In this document: piece after piece, positions 1 through 10,600 of the stretch | Layout: every line of letters starts with the position of its first letter | Position numbering within the stretch: position 1 is the first letter of the stretch | Source of the DNA: Deltaproteobacteria bacterium HGW-Deltaproteobacteria-2 | Lineage (GTDB): Bacteria; Desulfobacterota; Syntrophia; Syntrophales; Smithellaceae | NCBI GenBank assembly: GCA_002840505.1 | Contig: PHBC01000008.1 | Location: 7,193-71,192 of the forward strand | Direction: 5' to 3' | Length of the DNA: 64,000 nt | Made by a program: the position numbers and the translations under genes | Notes under the pieces: model-generated | Databases searched by the model: none | Told to the model about the DNA's origin: nothing | What the model saw: the letters and a program-made list of their open reading frames with translations, nothing else

Positions 1-656
1 CGGACACGGGTTATAGCGACACTGTTCTTGATTCCGCGTTAGGCGAAGTCCTGGCAACAACGGAATGGGACGCTCCGCCTGTGGGAATTCAGGGAATAAT
101 AGCGCTTCCGAATGGTTCACTGGTCGGATTTGTCGGAAATCTGCTTTGCTATTCCGTGCCCGGATATCCTCACGCATGGCCGGCAAGTTATCAAAAATCA
201 ACGGATCACGCGATTGTCGCGCTCGGTGCCTTTGGAACTACCGTAGGCGTTCTTACTTCCGGAGTTCCCTATCTGGCAGTCGGCAACGATCCTTCCAATG
301 TAGTTATGGAAACAATGGACTTAGGCCATTCCTGTATGTCGAAAAAGGGCACTGTTCAGGCTGGCGACGTTATTGTTTATCCTTCTCCTGAAGGATTGGT
401 GGCAATCGGTTCAGGGATAAGAGAAGTCATTACAGAGGGCGTAATGACGAGGAAGGACTGGCAGGATTTATACAATCCCGAGACTATCAACGGCTATTAT
501 TGGGAAGGTAAATACATTGGATTTTATGAGAACAACGGCGTCAAATCGGGGTTTATGTTCGATATTAAAAGCAAAGACCTTACGGATTTAACTTTTTATG
601 CTGCGGCGGGATATCGTGATCCCGGCACCGGAGTATTATTCTTGGTTTTGGAGTAA
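1..656 (+). CDS. phage virion/tail-associated structural protein, C-terminal part (gene starts upstream of window)
   Basis: The frame of ORF 81..656 stays open back to nt 3 (DTGYSDTVLDS...), so the gene enters the window already running. It is the first gene of a packed, co-oriented structural string. No catalytic motif recognised. Confidence 0.5.
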   Translation, partial: DTGYSDTVLDSALGEVLATTEWDAPPVGIQGIIALPNGSLVGFVGNLLCYSVPGYPHAWPASYQKSTDHAIVALGAFGTTVGVLTSGVPYLAVGNDPSNVVMETMDLGHSCMSKKGTVQAGDVIVYPSPEGLVAIGSGIREVITEGVMTRKDWQDLYNPETINGYYWEGKYIGFYENNGVKSGFMFDIKSKDLTDLTFYAAAGYRDPGTGVLFLVLE

Positions 657-666
657 CGGAGGCATT

Positions 667-1638
667 ATGGCAATTTTATGGTTTGGTGGAGAAGATATAG
701 ATTTCCCGACTTTTACTGGTTGTTTCGTGAATACAACCGCTGGAACTTTTGATGCATCGTATGCAAGGGCGGGAATATCTATTGGAGATGGTGGGGCGGC
801 AACGTCAACTCAATTTCCTAGTGGTGCTGTTACTTCTTGTTGGTTACGTTATTATCAGGGTAATCAAGGATTTAACAATAATAAATTTTTGGGTCTTGGT
901 TCTTTTGGTACAGCATACAAAGGATTATGGGTTGGAAGCGGAACGTCAGACTCAAAATTCGCCATTTGGAAATATGTAACATCATGGACTAAATTAGCAG
1001 AAGAAAGCGGAAACCATTTTGTGAGTGGAATATTTATTGATCTCCAACTTATTGATTACGGTGCAACAGGAACAATTAATGTCTATGCTAACGGGGTTCT
1101 TGTGGTTACCTATACGGGAAACTTATCGGTAACTGGCGTTTCAGGTTTTGATTGCATCATGCTTGGGGCATATGGAACAACAAATATGAATCCTGTTATA
1201 TCTGAAATTATCGTAGCAGACGAAGATACACGTACAATGAGGTTAGCAAAACTTGTTCCTACCAGTGATGGCACGACAACCGACATGGTGGGCGATTATA
1301 GTGCCGTTGATGAAACAACAATAAATGACGCAGATGGAAATTATACCGACACTGCTGGAAAAGATCAGCAATTTAATGTGAGCGATTTACCAGCGGGAAC
1401 ATTCGCTATCAAAGCCGTGAAGATTGCTTGCCGAGCCTGTAAAACAGTGGATGCCTCAATCGGAAAACTTGCCTTGGGTTATAATTCGGGCGGTACTGTA
1501 GCCGTCGGAGCAGACCAAACTCTTACGACCGCATGGGCCACCTATGAATCTCTTAATAATACAAATCCCGTAACTGGCAATGCCTGGTTGCAATCCGAAA
1601 TGAACGCACTTCAACTAAACGTGAGGTCTGCTACCTAA
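667..1638 (+). CDS. phage structural protein, function unknown
   Basis: ATG at 667 follows ACGGAGG (SD) and lies just after the stop of the previous gene (654-656). The ORF-track start at 598 would overlap that gene. The protein is beta-rich and ends TAATG-coupled to the next gene. Confidence 0.5.
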   Translation: MAILWFGGEDIDFPTFTGCFVNTTAGTFDASYARAGISIGDGGAATSTQFPSGAVTSCWLRYYQGNQGFNNNKFLGLGSFGTAYKGLWVGSGTSDSKFAIWKYVTSWTKLAEESGNHFVSGIFIDLQLIDYGATGTINVYANGVLVVTYTGNLSVTGVSGFDCIMLGAYGTTNMNPVISEIIVADEDTRTMRLAKLVPTSDGTTTDMVGDYSAVDETTINDADGNYTDTAGKDQQFNVSDLPAGTFAIKAVKIACRACKTVDASIGKLALGYNSGGTVAVGADQTLTTAWATYESLNNTNPVTGNAWLQSEMNALQLNVRSAT

Positions 1639-2582
1639 TGGGATCAGGTATAAATATATCTAAAATCATTGGTTATGGGGTATTATCCCCGCCGAAAGGC
1701 GTAAATATATCCAAGGTGGTCGGTTACGTTGTTTTAGATACGGTCCAACTCGTTTCCATTGCCGTGACGCCAAACACCAAAACATTAAAGGCCGGCGAAA
1801 CTCAACAATATACTGCTACCGGAACTTATAATAACAGCACAACACAGGATCTCACTTCCGTTTGCACGTTCACTTCTTCCGATACGGATGTTGCCACGAT
1901 AGCCAGCGGCGGATTGGCCACGGCTGTAGATGATGGGGAAGTAACGATCACAGCAACCTATGGAGGTGTATCCGGTACCGCGACTCTTGATGTAATTACT
2001 CTTGAATCCGTCTATCTGACACCAAGCAATACAACTATTACCGAGGGTGATACTCAACAATATTCAGCCACGGGAGTTTACAGTGACGCTTCCGAGGTTG
2101 CACTTGCGGCGGCTTCCTGCACGTGGGCTTCTTCAAATACAACGGTTGCCACAATAGACAGTTCGGGATTCGCGGTGTCTTTAGCCGACGGTCAAACAAC
2201 CATTACAGCAACATACGGAGGCATTTCAGGGAATACCACATTAACCGTGGGAGCGGTCGTTGTCGCGGAAGTAGCCACAAGATTATTTGGAATAGTCTCT
2301 TTTGCTACCGCAAATACGTACAGGGACGCGACCTATCTATCTAAAAGATATGAATTCAATCCGAACAGCATAGGCGTAATGCAGGTATTGGCGACAAAAT
2401 ATCCGGTAACGGTCGATCTGGTCTTTCCCGATATACCTTATACTATAACCACTGAGGTAACGAGTAAGAAACCTGTTCGCGTAAAGGGATTCTTAATGGA
2501 AGCGGTTGAAGTGAGAGTTAATCCGCTTGAAGGGGTGACGGCGGTATATCTGGCGTCCACAATGGAGGAATTACCGATATGA
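1638..2582 (+). CDS. phage protein with two tandem bacterial Ig-like (Big_2-type) domains
   Basis: Two repeats of the pattern VxxIxVTPxxxTLxxGxTQQYxATGxYxxxxxxDLTxxxxWxSSxxxVATIxxxGxxxxxxxGxxTITATYGGxSG. The start overlaps the upstream stop (TAATG). Confidence 0.7.
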   Translation: MGSGINISKIIGYGVLSPPKGVNISKVVGYVVLDTVQLVSIAVTPNTKTLKAGETQQYTATGTYNNSTTQDLTSVCTFTSSDTDVATIASGGLATAVDDGEVTITATYGGVSGTATLDVITLESVYLTPSNTTITEGDTQQYSATGVYSDASEVALAAASCTWASSNTTVATIDSSGFAVSLADGQTTITATYGGISGNTTLTVGAVVVAEVATRLFGIVSFATANTYRDATYLSKRYEFNPNSIGVMQVLATKYPVTVDLVFPDIPYTITTEVTSKKPVRVKGFLMEAVEVRVNPLEGVTAVYLASTMEELPI

Positions 2583-2905
2583 GTAATGATGTCCCTGTAA
2601 TCGGACAAATAAGATCGTTTAAAGACGTTCAGCGGACACTTGAAAATATCAGGGGATATTTTAAGACCTTGGTTGCGGCTTCTTCTCCGGCCACAACAAC
2701 CGTTGGCTCCCAGGTCACTACGCCGACTGTAACGGCGGTCAGTGGTGTTTCCGTATATGCCGGCGCAGGCCAACCGACGGCGCTGAGGAATAATTATGAT
2801 CTGTATTACGACATAACAAATGATGTGCTTTATCGACAGGTAGCGAGTGTCTGGCTCAGAATATCACGACACAGACACAGATATCAAAGGTGGTTTGGAA
2901 TATGA
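2579..2905 (+). CDS. phage hypothetical protein
   Basis: ATGA start/stop overlap with the upstream gene; sits in the co-oriented structural block; no motif recognised. Confidence 0.4.
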   Translation: MSNDVPVIGQIRSFKDVQRTLENIRGYFKTLVAASSPATTTVGSQVTTPTVTAVSGVSVYAGAGQPTALRNNYDLYYDITNDVLYRQVASVWLRISRHRHRYQRWFGI

Positions 2906-3249
2906 TTGTTTTGAATGCTGGAGAAACATTGGCGGCGGTTTTGACTTCATCAATAACTACGAATCAACCGGAGTTCTCCACTCACTTTATCGATGTGCTT
3001 GCCGATGATGATTTGCCCGGAAGCGACAAGGGAACATTGTCCGGATCGACGGAGATAACGATAGTAGGCGTCCCGTCGCTGATTCTTCGGATGGTTAAGA
3101 CCGTCTTTATCTATAATAAAGATACCGTTGCCGCTGAAGTAAGTGTCGTTATAGCCGAGGGAACAACGTCATGCACAATTTGCAGACGGACGTTGGCGCC
3201 AAAGGCCACTTTAACAATAGACGATAACGGAATTAATGTTGATACGTAG
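2902..3249 (+). CDS. phage hypothetical protein
   Basis: ATG at 2902 forms an ATGA overlap with the stop of 2579..2905. The track start at 2890 is a GTG 12 nt upstream in the same frame. Confidence 0.4.
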   Translation: MIVLNAGETLAAVLTSSITTNQPEFSTHFIDVLADDDLPGSDKGTLSGSTEITIVGVPSLILRMVKTVFIYNKDTVAAEVSVVIAEGTTSCTICRRTLAPKATLTIDDNGINVDT

Positions 3250-3257
3250 GAGACGGG

Positions 3258-3947
3258 ATGAAAGTTGATTATATATTTTGTTTGCCCGGCAATCCGTCAA
3301 GCGGAAAACAGGCGGTAAATGTGAATGTGGCCATGATTGATTTAATGAATCAGGGCAAAGCAGTGGGAATAAAGCAGGCGAAGAGCTGTAATATTTACGT
3401 AGTTAGAAACGGTTGCTTAAAAGAAGAGGCGAATAGCCGGATAGACCAGAAACCATTTGAAGGAGTTTACGAGGATTACGACCGTATTATTTGGGTTGAT
3501 TCGGACAATATAATCAATCCGAAGGCGATCAATAAACTTATCGCGCATGACGTTGATATCGTCGCCGCATGGTATCGCCAGTATTCAGATGGTCAGTTGG
3601 ACGATACCAATAAAACAGCTTGCGGTCTTTGGAAATTAGAGAATGGCAGAAGTGATTCACGTCCGTACTTAGTGAACGAAATGGCGAATATGCCACGTAA
3701 CGAAAAGGGATTGCTTGAAGTTGATTATGCCGGAATGGGTTTGATGGTTATTAAGAAGGGGGTTTTTGAAGCCCTTACTTATCCGTGGTTTACCGGTTGG
3801 ACGTATGAATGGGAAGAGAACGGCACGAAGATGGCGGATGTAATGACCGACGATGCCGGCTTCTGTTTCCGGATAAAAGAAAAAGGATTCAAAATATACG
3901 TCGATCCTGAAGTACGGATAAAACATGAAAAGGTCGTCAGTGTATGA
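3258..3947 (+). CDS. GT-A-fold glycosyltransferase-like protein
   Basis: Has a DxD-like IIWVDSDN motif, a Rossmann-like N-terminal half, and the C-terminal pattern DDAGFCFRIKEKGFKIYVDPxVRIxH typical of family-2-like glycosyltransferases. Assigned from memory, not searched. Confidence 0.45.
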   Translation: MKVDYIFCLPGNPSSGKQAVNVNVAMIDLMNQGKAVGIKQAKSCNIYVVRNGCLKEEANSRIDQKPFEGVYEDYDRIIWVDSDNIINPKAINKLIAHDVDIVAAWYRQYSDGQLDDTNKTACGLWKLENGRSDSRPYLVNEMANMPRNEKGLLEVDYAGMGLMVIKKGVFEALTYPWFTGWTYEWEENGTKMADVMTDDAGFCFRIKEKGFKIYVDPEVRIKHEKVVSV

Positions 3948-4387
3948 ACGTAGAGAATTTAACAAAAGAAGATGTTGACAGTATTTTTGATAACCTCTGG
4001 TCTCGCGGCCACGAAGAATTGATTATTATGGGATCGTCAGTTGAGGAAGCGAAACGTAAATTCAAGAGTATGGCCGGTAAGCCCTGGGCGACTGCCTTTC
4101 ATAAAGCCGGAGTATGTTGCGCTGTCTTTATTATGGAGCCCGTGGGTGAAATGAAATGGCGGACACAGTTCGCGGCTACCGAGGAAGGGTTTAAATCGAT
4201 ATGGATCTCGTTAACGAAGTTTTTCAAAAAGGCGAGTGACTTTATAGTTAATGATTATACCGAGGGGAAAGGAATAATCGAACTGTTTACGATTGGCGAG
4301 AATGAATCCGACTGGTTCAATACAATGGGTTTTAACCTTATTGAGACTGATGGATTTATTGATAAGTACGAGAAGAAAGGAGCGTGA
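3944..4387 (+). CDS. small phage protein at the internal-virion-protein-A position (DUF2833-like pattern)
   Basis: ATGA overlap with the upstream gene. Its size and sequence pattern (N-terminal helical part, then ...GKGIIELFT...W...MGF...E....Y.KKG) resemble the acetyltransferase-fold internal virion protein A of T7/phiKMV-like phages. Weak assignment. Confidence 0.35.
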   Translation: MNVENLTKEDVDSIFDNLWSRGHEELIIMGSSVEEAKRKFKSMAGKPWATAFHKAGVCCAVFIMEPVGEMKWRTQFAATEEGFKSIWISLTKFFKKASDFIVNDYTEGKGIIELFTIGENESDWFNTMGFNLIETDGFIDKYEKKGA

Positions 4388-4950
4388 TTATTATGTGTAT
4401 GGGCGGATCACAACAGCAAGGACCGACTTACGATCAACAGGTGCAGGCCGATATCAACGACAAGATGTGGGATTATTACCAGACAAACTACAAACCTGTA
4501 ATCAGTAAGTATATCGCTTCGAGAACAGATAAGGGCACTACGGCAATTGAGAAGAATAAAATGGCCGGGCAGATAAACGCGGACGTTATGAAGGCCGCCA
4601 AACCACAATCTGCTACTAATGCCGTGGTAAATACAAAGAATATGCTTGCCCTCGCTGATGTCGGCGCTGACGCGCAAGTGGGAGGGAAAACCGCGGTTGA
4701 TTCAAAGAAAATAGCAGAAAAGCAGAATATAATTAATATCGGCAGAGGACAGACCACTAAGACCATGGCCGGACTGGATGAATTGGCCAGTATGTCCGTT
4801 GAGGACGCGATCAGAGATAAAGCGCGGGAGGAAGAAGTTATAGCAACAGAAGAAAATGCAATCGGCTCAACGATTGGGACATTGGCCGCTGCCGGGATGT
4901 ACGGATCAATGAAGATACCGAAGAAAAAACCAGAGATTACTTTACCGTAA
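4384..4950 (+). CDS. phage internal virion/ejection-type protein (hypothetical)
   Basis: GTGA overlap with the upstream stop (alternative ATGs at 4393 and 4399). Composition is Q/K/A-rich and helical. Position is between the tail and fibre genes. Confidence 0.4.
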   Translation: MIIMCMGGSQQQGPTYDQQVQADINDKMWDYYQTNYKPVISKYIASRTDKGTTAIEKNKMAGQINADVMKAAKPQSATNAVVNTKNMLALADVGADAQVGGKTAVDSKKIAEKQNIINIGRGQTTKTMAGLDELASMSVEDAIRDKAREEEVIATEENAIGSTIGTLAAAGMYGSMKIPKKKPEITLP

Positions 4951-4961
4951 GGAGTAATATT

Positions 4962-5495
4962 ATGGCACAAAGCACAAATGATCTTTTGTTAGAAAATTTT
5001 GCCGGTGGAATAGGGACAGGGAGCACTAATCAGACTATCGCCTCTACCTTGACAGGCGGTGCTTCCGGGGCCATCCAAGGGATAGGGCAAATGCTTTTTC
5101 CCGAAGCAAAACCAATAGTAAACGAAGTCGCCCTTAAAACAGGGAAGCTTTTACAGGCACAATTTGAGGACTGGCAGAATACCTATATGCCTATCGAACT
5201 GGAGGCATTAAACCAGTTGTCTTTTAATAATTCTTCCGTATTGCCGACTGCTTTAGACGAGGCAAGGAAGACTGTTTCCGATTCTTATGGCGTCATGGGC
5301 GGAGTATTGGAACGTCAGAATAGAGGGCTCGGGATTGTTCCAACGCGCCAGCAGGAAGCCACGAACAAGAGACTTATAAATATAAACGAGGCCGCAGCTA
5401 CGGCAAGTGCGAAGAACAGAACCCGGGCAGGTGTCCGGGCCATGGATGAGCAGATACTTTTGGGCACAACGCCCAATCCCAATATAGTGAGGTAA
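4962..5495 (+). CDS. phage internal virion-type protein (hypothetical)
   Basis: SD AAGGAG lies 7 nt upstream; the N-terminus is Gly/Ala/Thr-rich; sits in the co-oriented block. Confidence 0.4.
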   Translation: MAQSTNDLLLENFAGGIGTGSTNQTIASTLTGGASGAIQGIGQMLFPEAKPIVNEVALKTGKLLQAQFEDWQNTYMPIELEALNQLSFNNSSVLPTALDEARKTVSDSYGVMGGVLERQNRGLGIVPTRQQEATNKRLININEAAATASAKNRTRAGVRAMDEQILLGTTPNPNIVR

Positions 5496-5500
5496 TAATC

Positions 5501-5698
5501 ATGGAAGGTTTATTAAGTACGGGAGAGGCTTATAAGAATAAGGCTTTGTCCGGTTTTATCAGGGAATCTGCGGACGAACAAAGAATAAACCAGCAAAATA
5601 AAGATTTAGCGGCTCAAGAACAAAACCAAACAGTATCATTGGCGGCTTCAGGCATAGGTGCTGCAGCGAGTATTGCGCTGATGATCGCCGCTTTATAG
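5501..5698 (+). CDS. small phage membrane-anchored protein
   Basis: 65 aa with a C-terminal hydrophobic segment (LAASGIGAAASIALMIAAL); tightly packed between neighbouring genes. Confidence 0.4.
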   Translation: MEGLLSTGEAYKNKALSGFIRESADEQRINQQNKDLAAQEQNQTVSLAASGIGAAASIALMIAAL

Positions 5699-5707
5699 GG
5701 GGAACTT

Positions 5708-7642
5708 ATGAGATCAACATTATCCAATCCGATTGATGCGGGAGTTAACACCTTCTCAAAGTTGATGGGTACGTTTAATCAATTGGAAGAATCCAAACAA
5801 AGGCGTGAGCTTTTGACACAGGAAGCCGCTGATCGCAAAATAAAAACCGAACGCGAGGGCGAAATATTTGAGCGCCAGAAAAAGAAATGGGGCGAAGAGG
5901 ACGAACAGAAACACGGACAGGAGAATTTGAACCTTCTGGAAATCGTCATGTCGAAAGCTCAGGCGGCAAAAACAAAAGGCGAGCCCTTTGACGTTACCAG
6001 TCTTTCAAAATCCGAACAGGACGCCATGATATATTTCCACGATCACATGGGGAGCGTCAATGGCGCAGATTACGGGAATGTATTGAAGTTTATGCAGAAT
6101 GTGGCGCCACAGGTTCAGGGGAAAAAAGGCCAGGTGCCTCTTGATGATCGGATAAGCAATACCATAACCACGGCTTTAGGGTTTACTCCCGACCGTTTAA
6201 ACATGGACGATCACGGTAATATACTGACAGGTAAGATCAAGAGCGCCGTAGTTGACGGCACGTCTCCGAATATGGAAATGGGACTGATTGTTGAGCGGGA
6301 AATCCCGCCGACACTACCCGGCAAACCCTATAAACATATTGGCGACAAGCAGGAAGTCTATGTCGCTCCAGACAGCAACCCGAAGAACATGATTGAAAAG
6401 GGCAACATTAATCTTAATGCCCGTCCAGTGGTTAAAAATCAAGATGGTTCAATCTCAACAGTTTTATCGTCGTCATTTGAACAAAACGGAAAGGAAGTTT
6501 TAATTCCGCTTGTAAGCGACGACGGCAGAATCCTGACAAGGGAAGAAGCCCTTAAACAGTGGAATGAATCAAAGACCGCTGAAAAACCCTACGGAAATAA
6601 TTTGGGCGTCTTTAATGATATTCCTTCTGCCAACGAGTACGCCCAGGAGTTACATAATAGCGAAATATGGAAAAAGGACAAAGAATATTACGGGCAATCG
6701 GTTAGTAAAGATATGTTGAAGCATACCGGCGGCGATCCTGATGCGCCCTTGACGATATTTCCCGCGCAATTAGCAGCCAGTAAATTCAGTATGCAAAAAG
6801 ACCTTGCTGATATGGTTGAACAGTTGGAAGCAAAACTCGGGGGAACAGCATTCTCGGAGAGAAAGCAAAAGATACGGGAGACCGTGGCCAATAATAAAGT
6901 TGTCAAAGATGCCCTGAAAGCGGTCGAGGCCGCACCCGCAGGAACAAATATAAATGATTTGCGTTCTCTCTTCATGCAGAAACTTCCCGAAACTATGCCG
7001 ATAAAAGAGCAAGTCGAATTAGCGAAAACCTTTATTCCGGAAAAAGAGAAGAAGAGCGAAGAGATGTATAAAACGGTTAAGGGCGTTGATATGATTTCTA
7101 AAGATGGCGGCGTAACGTGGGGTCCAAGGTGGTCGCCAAAGGAAAGGGATTTGACCGAGAATGGCGAGAAGATTAAGGCAAAAATGAAAACCTTCGATGA
7201 TCTCTTTGTCCAAACATACGGCGGACAGTTACCAACAGAAAAAGACCTTGAAGGGAATGTAAAAGCTCCTGATAAGAATACCATCTTATCAAAACTAGGG
7301 ACTTCTGAGGTTAAGGATAAGTTTGATAAAAACGGCAAGCCCATCACGCTACAGCAATTACACAACACCATGCAGCAGTATTATGAAGGGCTGGTAAGAG
7401 ACGGCGTACCTCCGGCTGAGGCACTTCAGAAAACAACGCAATTCGCTAATGACTTTGGGAACACCAGTAAAAAAGGTGCTTTCGATGTTAAAGGTATTCC
7501 TGAAGATAAGGTGAAGGATATATCTAATAAATCAAACAACGCTATAAAACTTGGCGCGAGAATACTCCAAAATCCAGATACCGGAGAAATTCGCGCTAAA
7601 TATCCTAATGGCAAGACTGAGGTTATTTGGAAAAAATCTTAA
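5708..7642 (+). CDS. large phage internal virion/ejection-type protein
   Basis: 644 aa, K/E-rich. Contains the block GNINLNARPVVKNQDGSISTVLSSSF..GKEVLIPLVSDDGRILTREEA, which I recall from phage tail and internal proteins. Lies immediately upstream of the giant ORF. Confidence 0.5.
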   Translation: MRSTLSNPIDAGVNTFSKLMGTFNQLEESKQRRELLTQEAADRKIKTEREGEIFERQKKKWGEEDEQKHGQENLNLLEIVMSKAQAAKTKGEPFDVTSLSKSEQDAMIYFHDHMGSVNGADYGNVLKFMQNVAPQVQGKKGQVPLDDRISNTITTALGFTPDRLNMDDHGNILTGKIKSAVVDGTSPNMEMGLIVEREIPPTLPGKPYKHIGDKQEVYVAPDSNPKNMIEKGNINLNARPVVKNQDGSISTVLSSSFEQNGKEVLIPLVSDDGRILTREEALKQWNESKTAEKPYGNNLGVFNDIPSANEYAQELHNSEIWKKDKEYYGQSVSKDMLKHTGGDPDAPLTIFPAQLAASKFSMQKDLADMVEQLEAKLGGTAFSERKQKIRETVANNKVVKDALKAVEAAPAGTNINDLRSLFMQKLPETMPIKEQVELAKTFIPEKEKKSEEMYKTVKGVDMISKDGGVTWGPRWSPKERDLTENGEKIKAKMKTFDDLFVQTYGGQLPTEKDLEGNVKAPDKNTILSKLGTSEVKDKFDKNGKPITLQQLHNTMQQYYEGLVRDGVPPAEALQKTTQFANDFGNTSKKGAFDVKGIPEDKVKDISNKSNNAIKLGARILQNPDTGEIRAKYPNGKTEVIWKKS

Positions 7643-7658
7643 TTAAAGGAGGCCTGAT

Positions 7659-10600
7659 ATGGCCGAGCCCAAACTCGATAACGGGTTTATTGATGTAACC
7701 GATCAAATTCAATCACAAGAGAGTTCTCTTCCTGACGGTTTCGTAGACGTTACCGACCAGATACCCAAAAAGAAAGAGCGATCCTCAGCCGGAGCATTTG
7801 TAAGAACACTTACGCGCGTACCGGAAAACCTTCTTGCTTCCGCTATTACGGCAGCGCAAGGGAAATCGGGTCCATCCGTGGCTAACCCTGATGTCGGCGA
7901 TAAGTTTGTCCAATTTGTGAATAAACGCAATAGAGAACTTTCTGAAGAGTATAAAGACACTGGAGACCTTATCCCCGGAATTATATCCAACGAAGATGTG
8001 GCCGGACTAGGGCAGAATCTTTCCTTCTCGGGCGTTTCCATGGGAGCCAGTGCCGCTGGCGCTCTTGTTCCCGTACCGGGAGTTAATATTGCAACTAGCA
8101 TGGCAGCAGGTGGCGCAACGGCTTATCGTATGCAGAGTTATCAGGCCATGAATGACTGGTTGACCAAAGTAAACGAAGAAAGCATTAAAAACTTTGGACG
8201 ACCGATCACACCGGAAGAAGAAGCAGTATTTAAGCGTAAATTTGACACTCTCGCCACTGAATCAGGTTTATGGGAAGCAGGGCCGGAAGCCGTCGGTAAT
8301 GTTCTGGAGCTGGCATTGATGGCAGGGAAAGGAACTTTGCCCGGTCGTATAGCAAGCATGATTCCCAAGGGTGTTCTCGGAAAGATTGTAAAAGGTGGCG
8401 CTCGTGCGGCCGGTATTGTTGGAACGGAAGAGGCAACGGAAACAGTTACTCAGATGGGACAGCAGAATGCCGAGGTTAAAGCCGGTCAGTCTAATGAACC
8501 TCTTCGCCAGTGGACAAGTCCCGACGATTGGTTGAAATCCGCGGGAGAAGTATTGCCAAGCGTACTGCTGTTATCTGGATTTATGACCGGTGGCGGTATG
8601 GCTTACAGGGGAATGAAAAAAGGAAAAGACGAAACAAAGAAAACCGACAAGCAAACGGAAACCCCTCAGTCCCCACAAAAGACAATGATCGAGCAACCGG
8701 AAGTAGAGATTGAGACATTCAAGCAAAAACTACTTTCCGGAAACCTTACTAAAGATGAAGCCCTGGCGCATAGAAAGAATATATTAAAAACCATGCCAGA
8801 GGCAGAGGACGCTATAAATAGTATTATCGTTGAAGCAGATACCAATAAATTATTTAAGGAGGCACAAAATGCCACGGAAAAAGAGCCAGAGGGTGATATC
8901 AGCGAACATAAGGGAACTGGTGGAGTCGGGGAAACCACAGAAACAAACAGTATCTCCGGAGAAGTGCAAGAAAAAGTAGATGTGCCGATTAATGAACCAG
9001 AAGATAACGCCCGTAAAGTGGACAATCTCAATAAGCAGTTGAGCAAAGTAAAGGGCGAAGGAAAGGCGGCAGTCGCAAGACGCAAAAAAATACAGGAGAG
9101 AATCGACGCTTTAACCCCTGCTGAGACTTCTACTATTGAGACACCGGAAGTAAAGGGCGCGGAGATCGTTGAACCTGCGGCAAATGCGGAAGTTTTGCCA
9201 CCTGAGATAACCGATGATCAAATGCTTGAAGCTATGCGTCCGGGAACGGATAAGTTTGAATTGGGTGGTCTTTACAGGCAGAAAGGTAAACCAAAGGCTA
9301 ATTCGATAATTATAAAAGGCATTGATGAAGCCGGCAAGATTGACGGCGCATATATCCATAAAGGAGGGTTGTTATCTCCTGCCAAATTTACAAAGGATGA
9401 ACTGATTCCTTTCGCTCCTGATGAAAAACAGGTTTCTAATGTGAAAGCCATGTTCGGGATTAAGACGCAAACAAAAGAACCCCTTACCACAGGCGAAATC
9501 ACGCCTATTCAGGATAAGTTTACAGGCAATCAGTTGGAAGCACCTAAAGAGCCATGGGAAATGACGAGGGAAGAATTTTCTGATTATTTATTCTCAATAG
9601 GAAAATCAGACAAGAAAGATTTTAAGTCACGCCAAGAAGCGGTAGCCCATGATAAAAAGCAGGCAAAAGAGCGGCAATCTTTATTAAAGGAAATAAAACC
9701 GACACCGGAACAGGTTGATAAATTAGAAAGTGATACTGGAATATCTATAAACAACACACATAAATATTTTATCGTGAAAGCCCTTTCCGAAGGTAAACTA
9801 GTTCCCCCGGAAGTCTTAAAGGATTATCCTGATCTGCAGAAGAAGGAATCCGCAACCCAAAAACCGGATCTTAAAAGAGTGATCGATGTTTACGGCAGAT
9901 ACCATTATATTGACACAAACGAATTAACGACCGATAGAAAAATCCTAAAAAGATATAATTCTAATGGAGAACGCCCTCTTGACGATACAGGACTTCACCG
10001 CGGGAATATTGTTGACGAAAACGATGCCGCGGCTGTTGAAAAAGCGAAAAAAACAGCAAGACTAAGAAGCCTCGAAAATAAAGCACAGAAAAAAATATTA
10101 TCACCAGAGGAATTGGAAGAGGCAAAAAAACTTAATCAAGAAATTACAAAGGAGGCCACCCCTAAGAAGAAAACCGAGACCGTGCTGAAGAAGAAACCAA
10201 AGAAGAACATCATGGAGAAAGCCCCTCCCGGCGGATGGACGGAAGCCGATAAGGTGCCGGAGAAATACAGGAAGAAAGCGGAACCAAAACCCGAAGTTAA
10301 ATATACTGCCAACGCTGATAAAGGCGGCAGGTTGATTGGCAAGAATCCAGACGGACATAATCTTTATGAACGTGGTGATGGTGTCCGATATTTCACTGAT
10401 GGACGTATAAGAGTAACCGAACCCGTTACAATGGCTATGACACGCGGCGGGGTGCAACCCGAGATTAATCCTGATAACCGCCGGGATCAGTGGAAGACGG
10501 AAGAGGAAATAGGAAGAACGGAAGAACCGGCAACGGTGGTTAAAAAAGAAGAAGACCTTTCCACGAAGTCAACTGGCGATCTGGTTAAAGATATGTTCGA

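Noticed and set aside
598-666. ORF-track start at 598 for the second gene, and starts at 24126, 38305, 40284, 43504 and 57172 for other genes.
   Set aside because: Downstream in-frame ATGs have proper SDs, produce canonical signal peptides or lipoboxes, or form ATGA/TAATG couplings with the upstream stop. The longer versions overlap the upstream genes.
6688-7371. Long minus-strand ORFs inside phage genes (for example 6688..7371, 8666..9085, 21683..22147).
   Set aside because: They lie antisense to ORFs with clear motifs, have low-complexity Ser/Leu/Phe-rich products and lack an SD. They are typical shadow ORFs.
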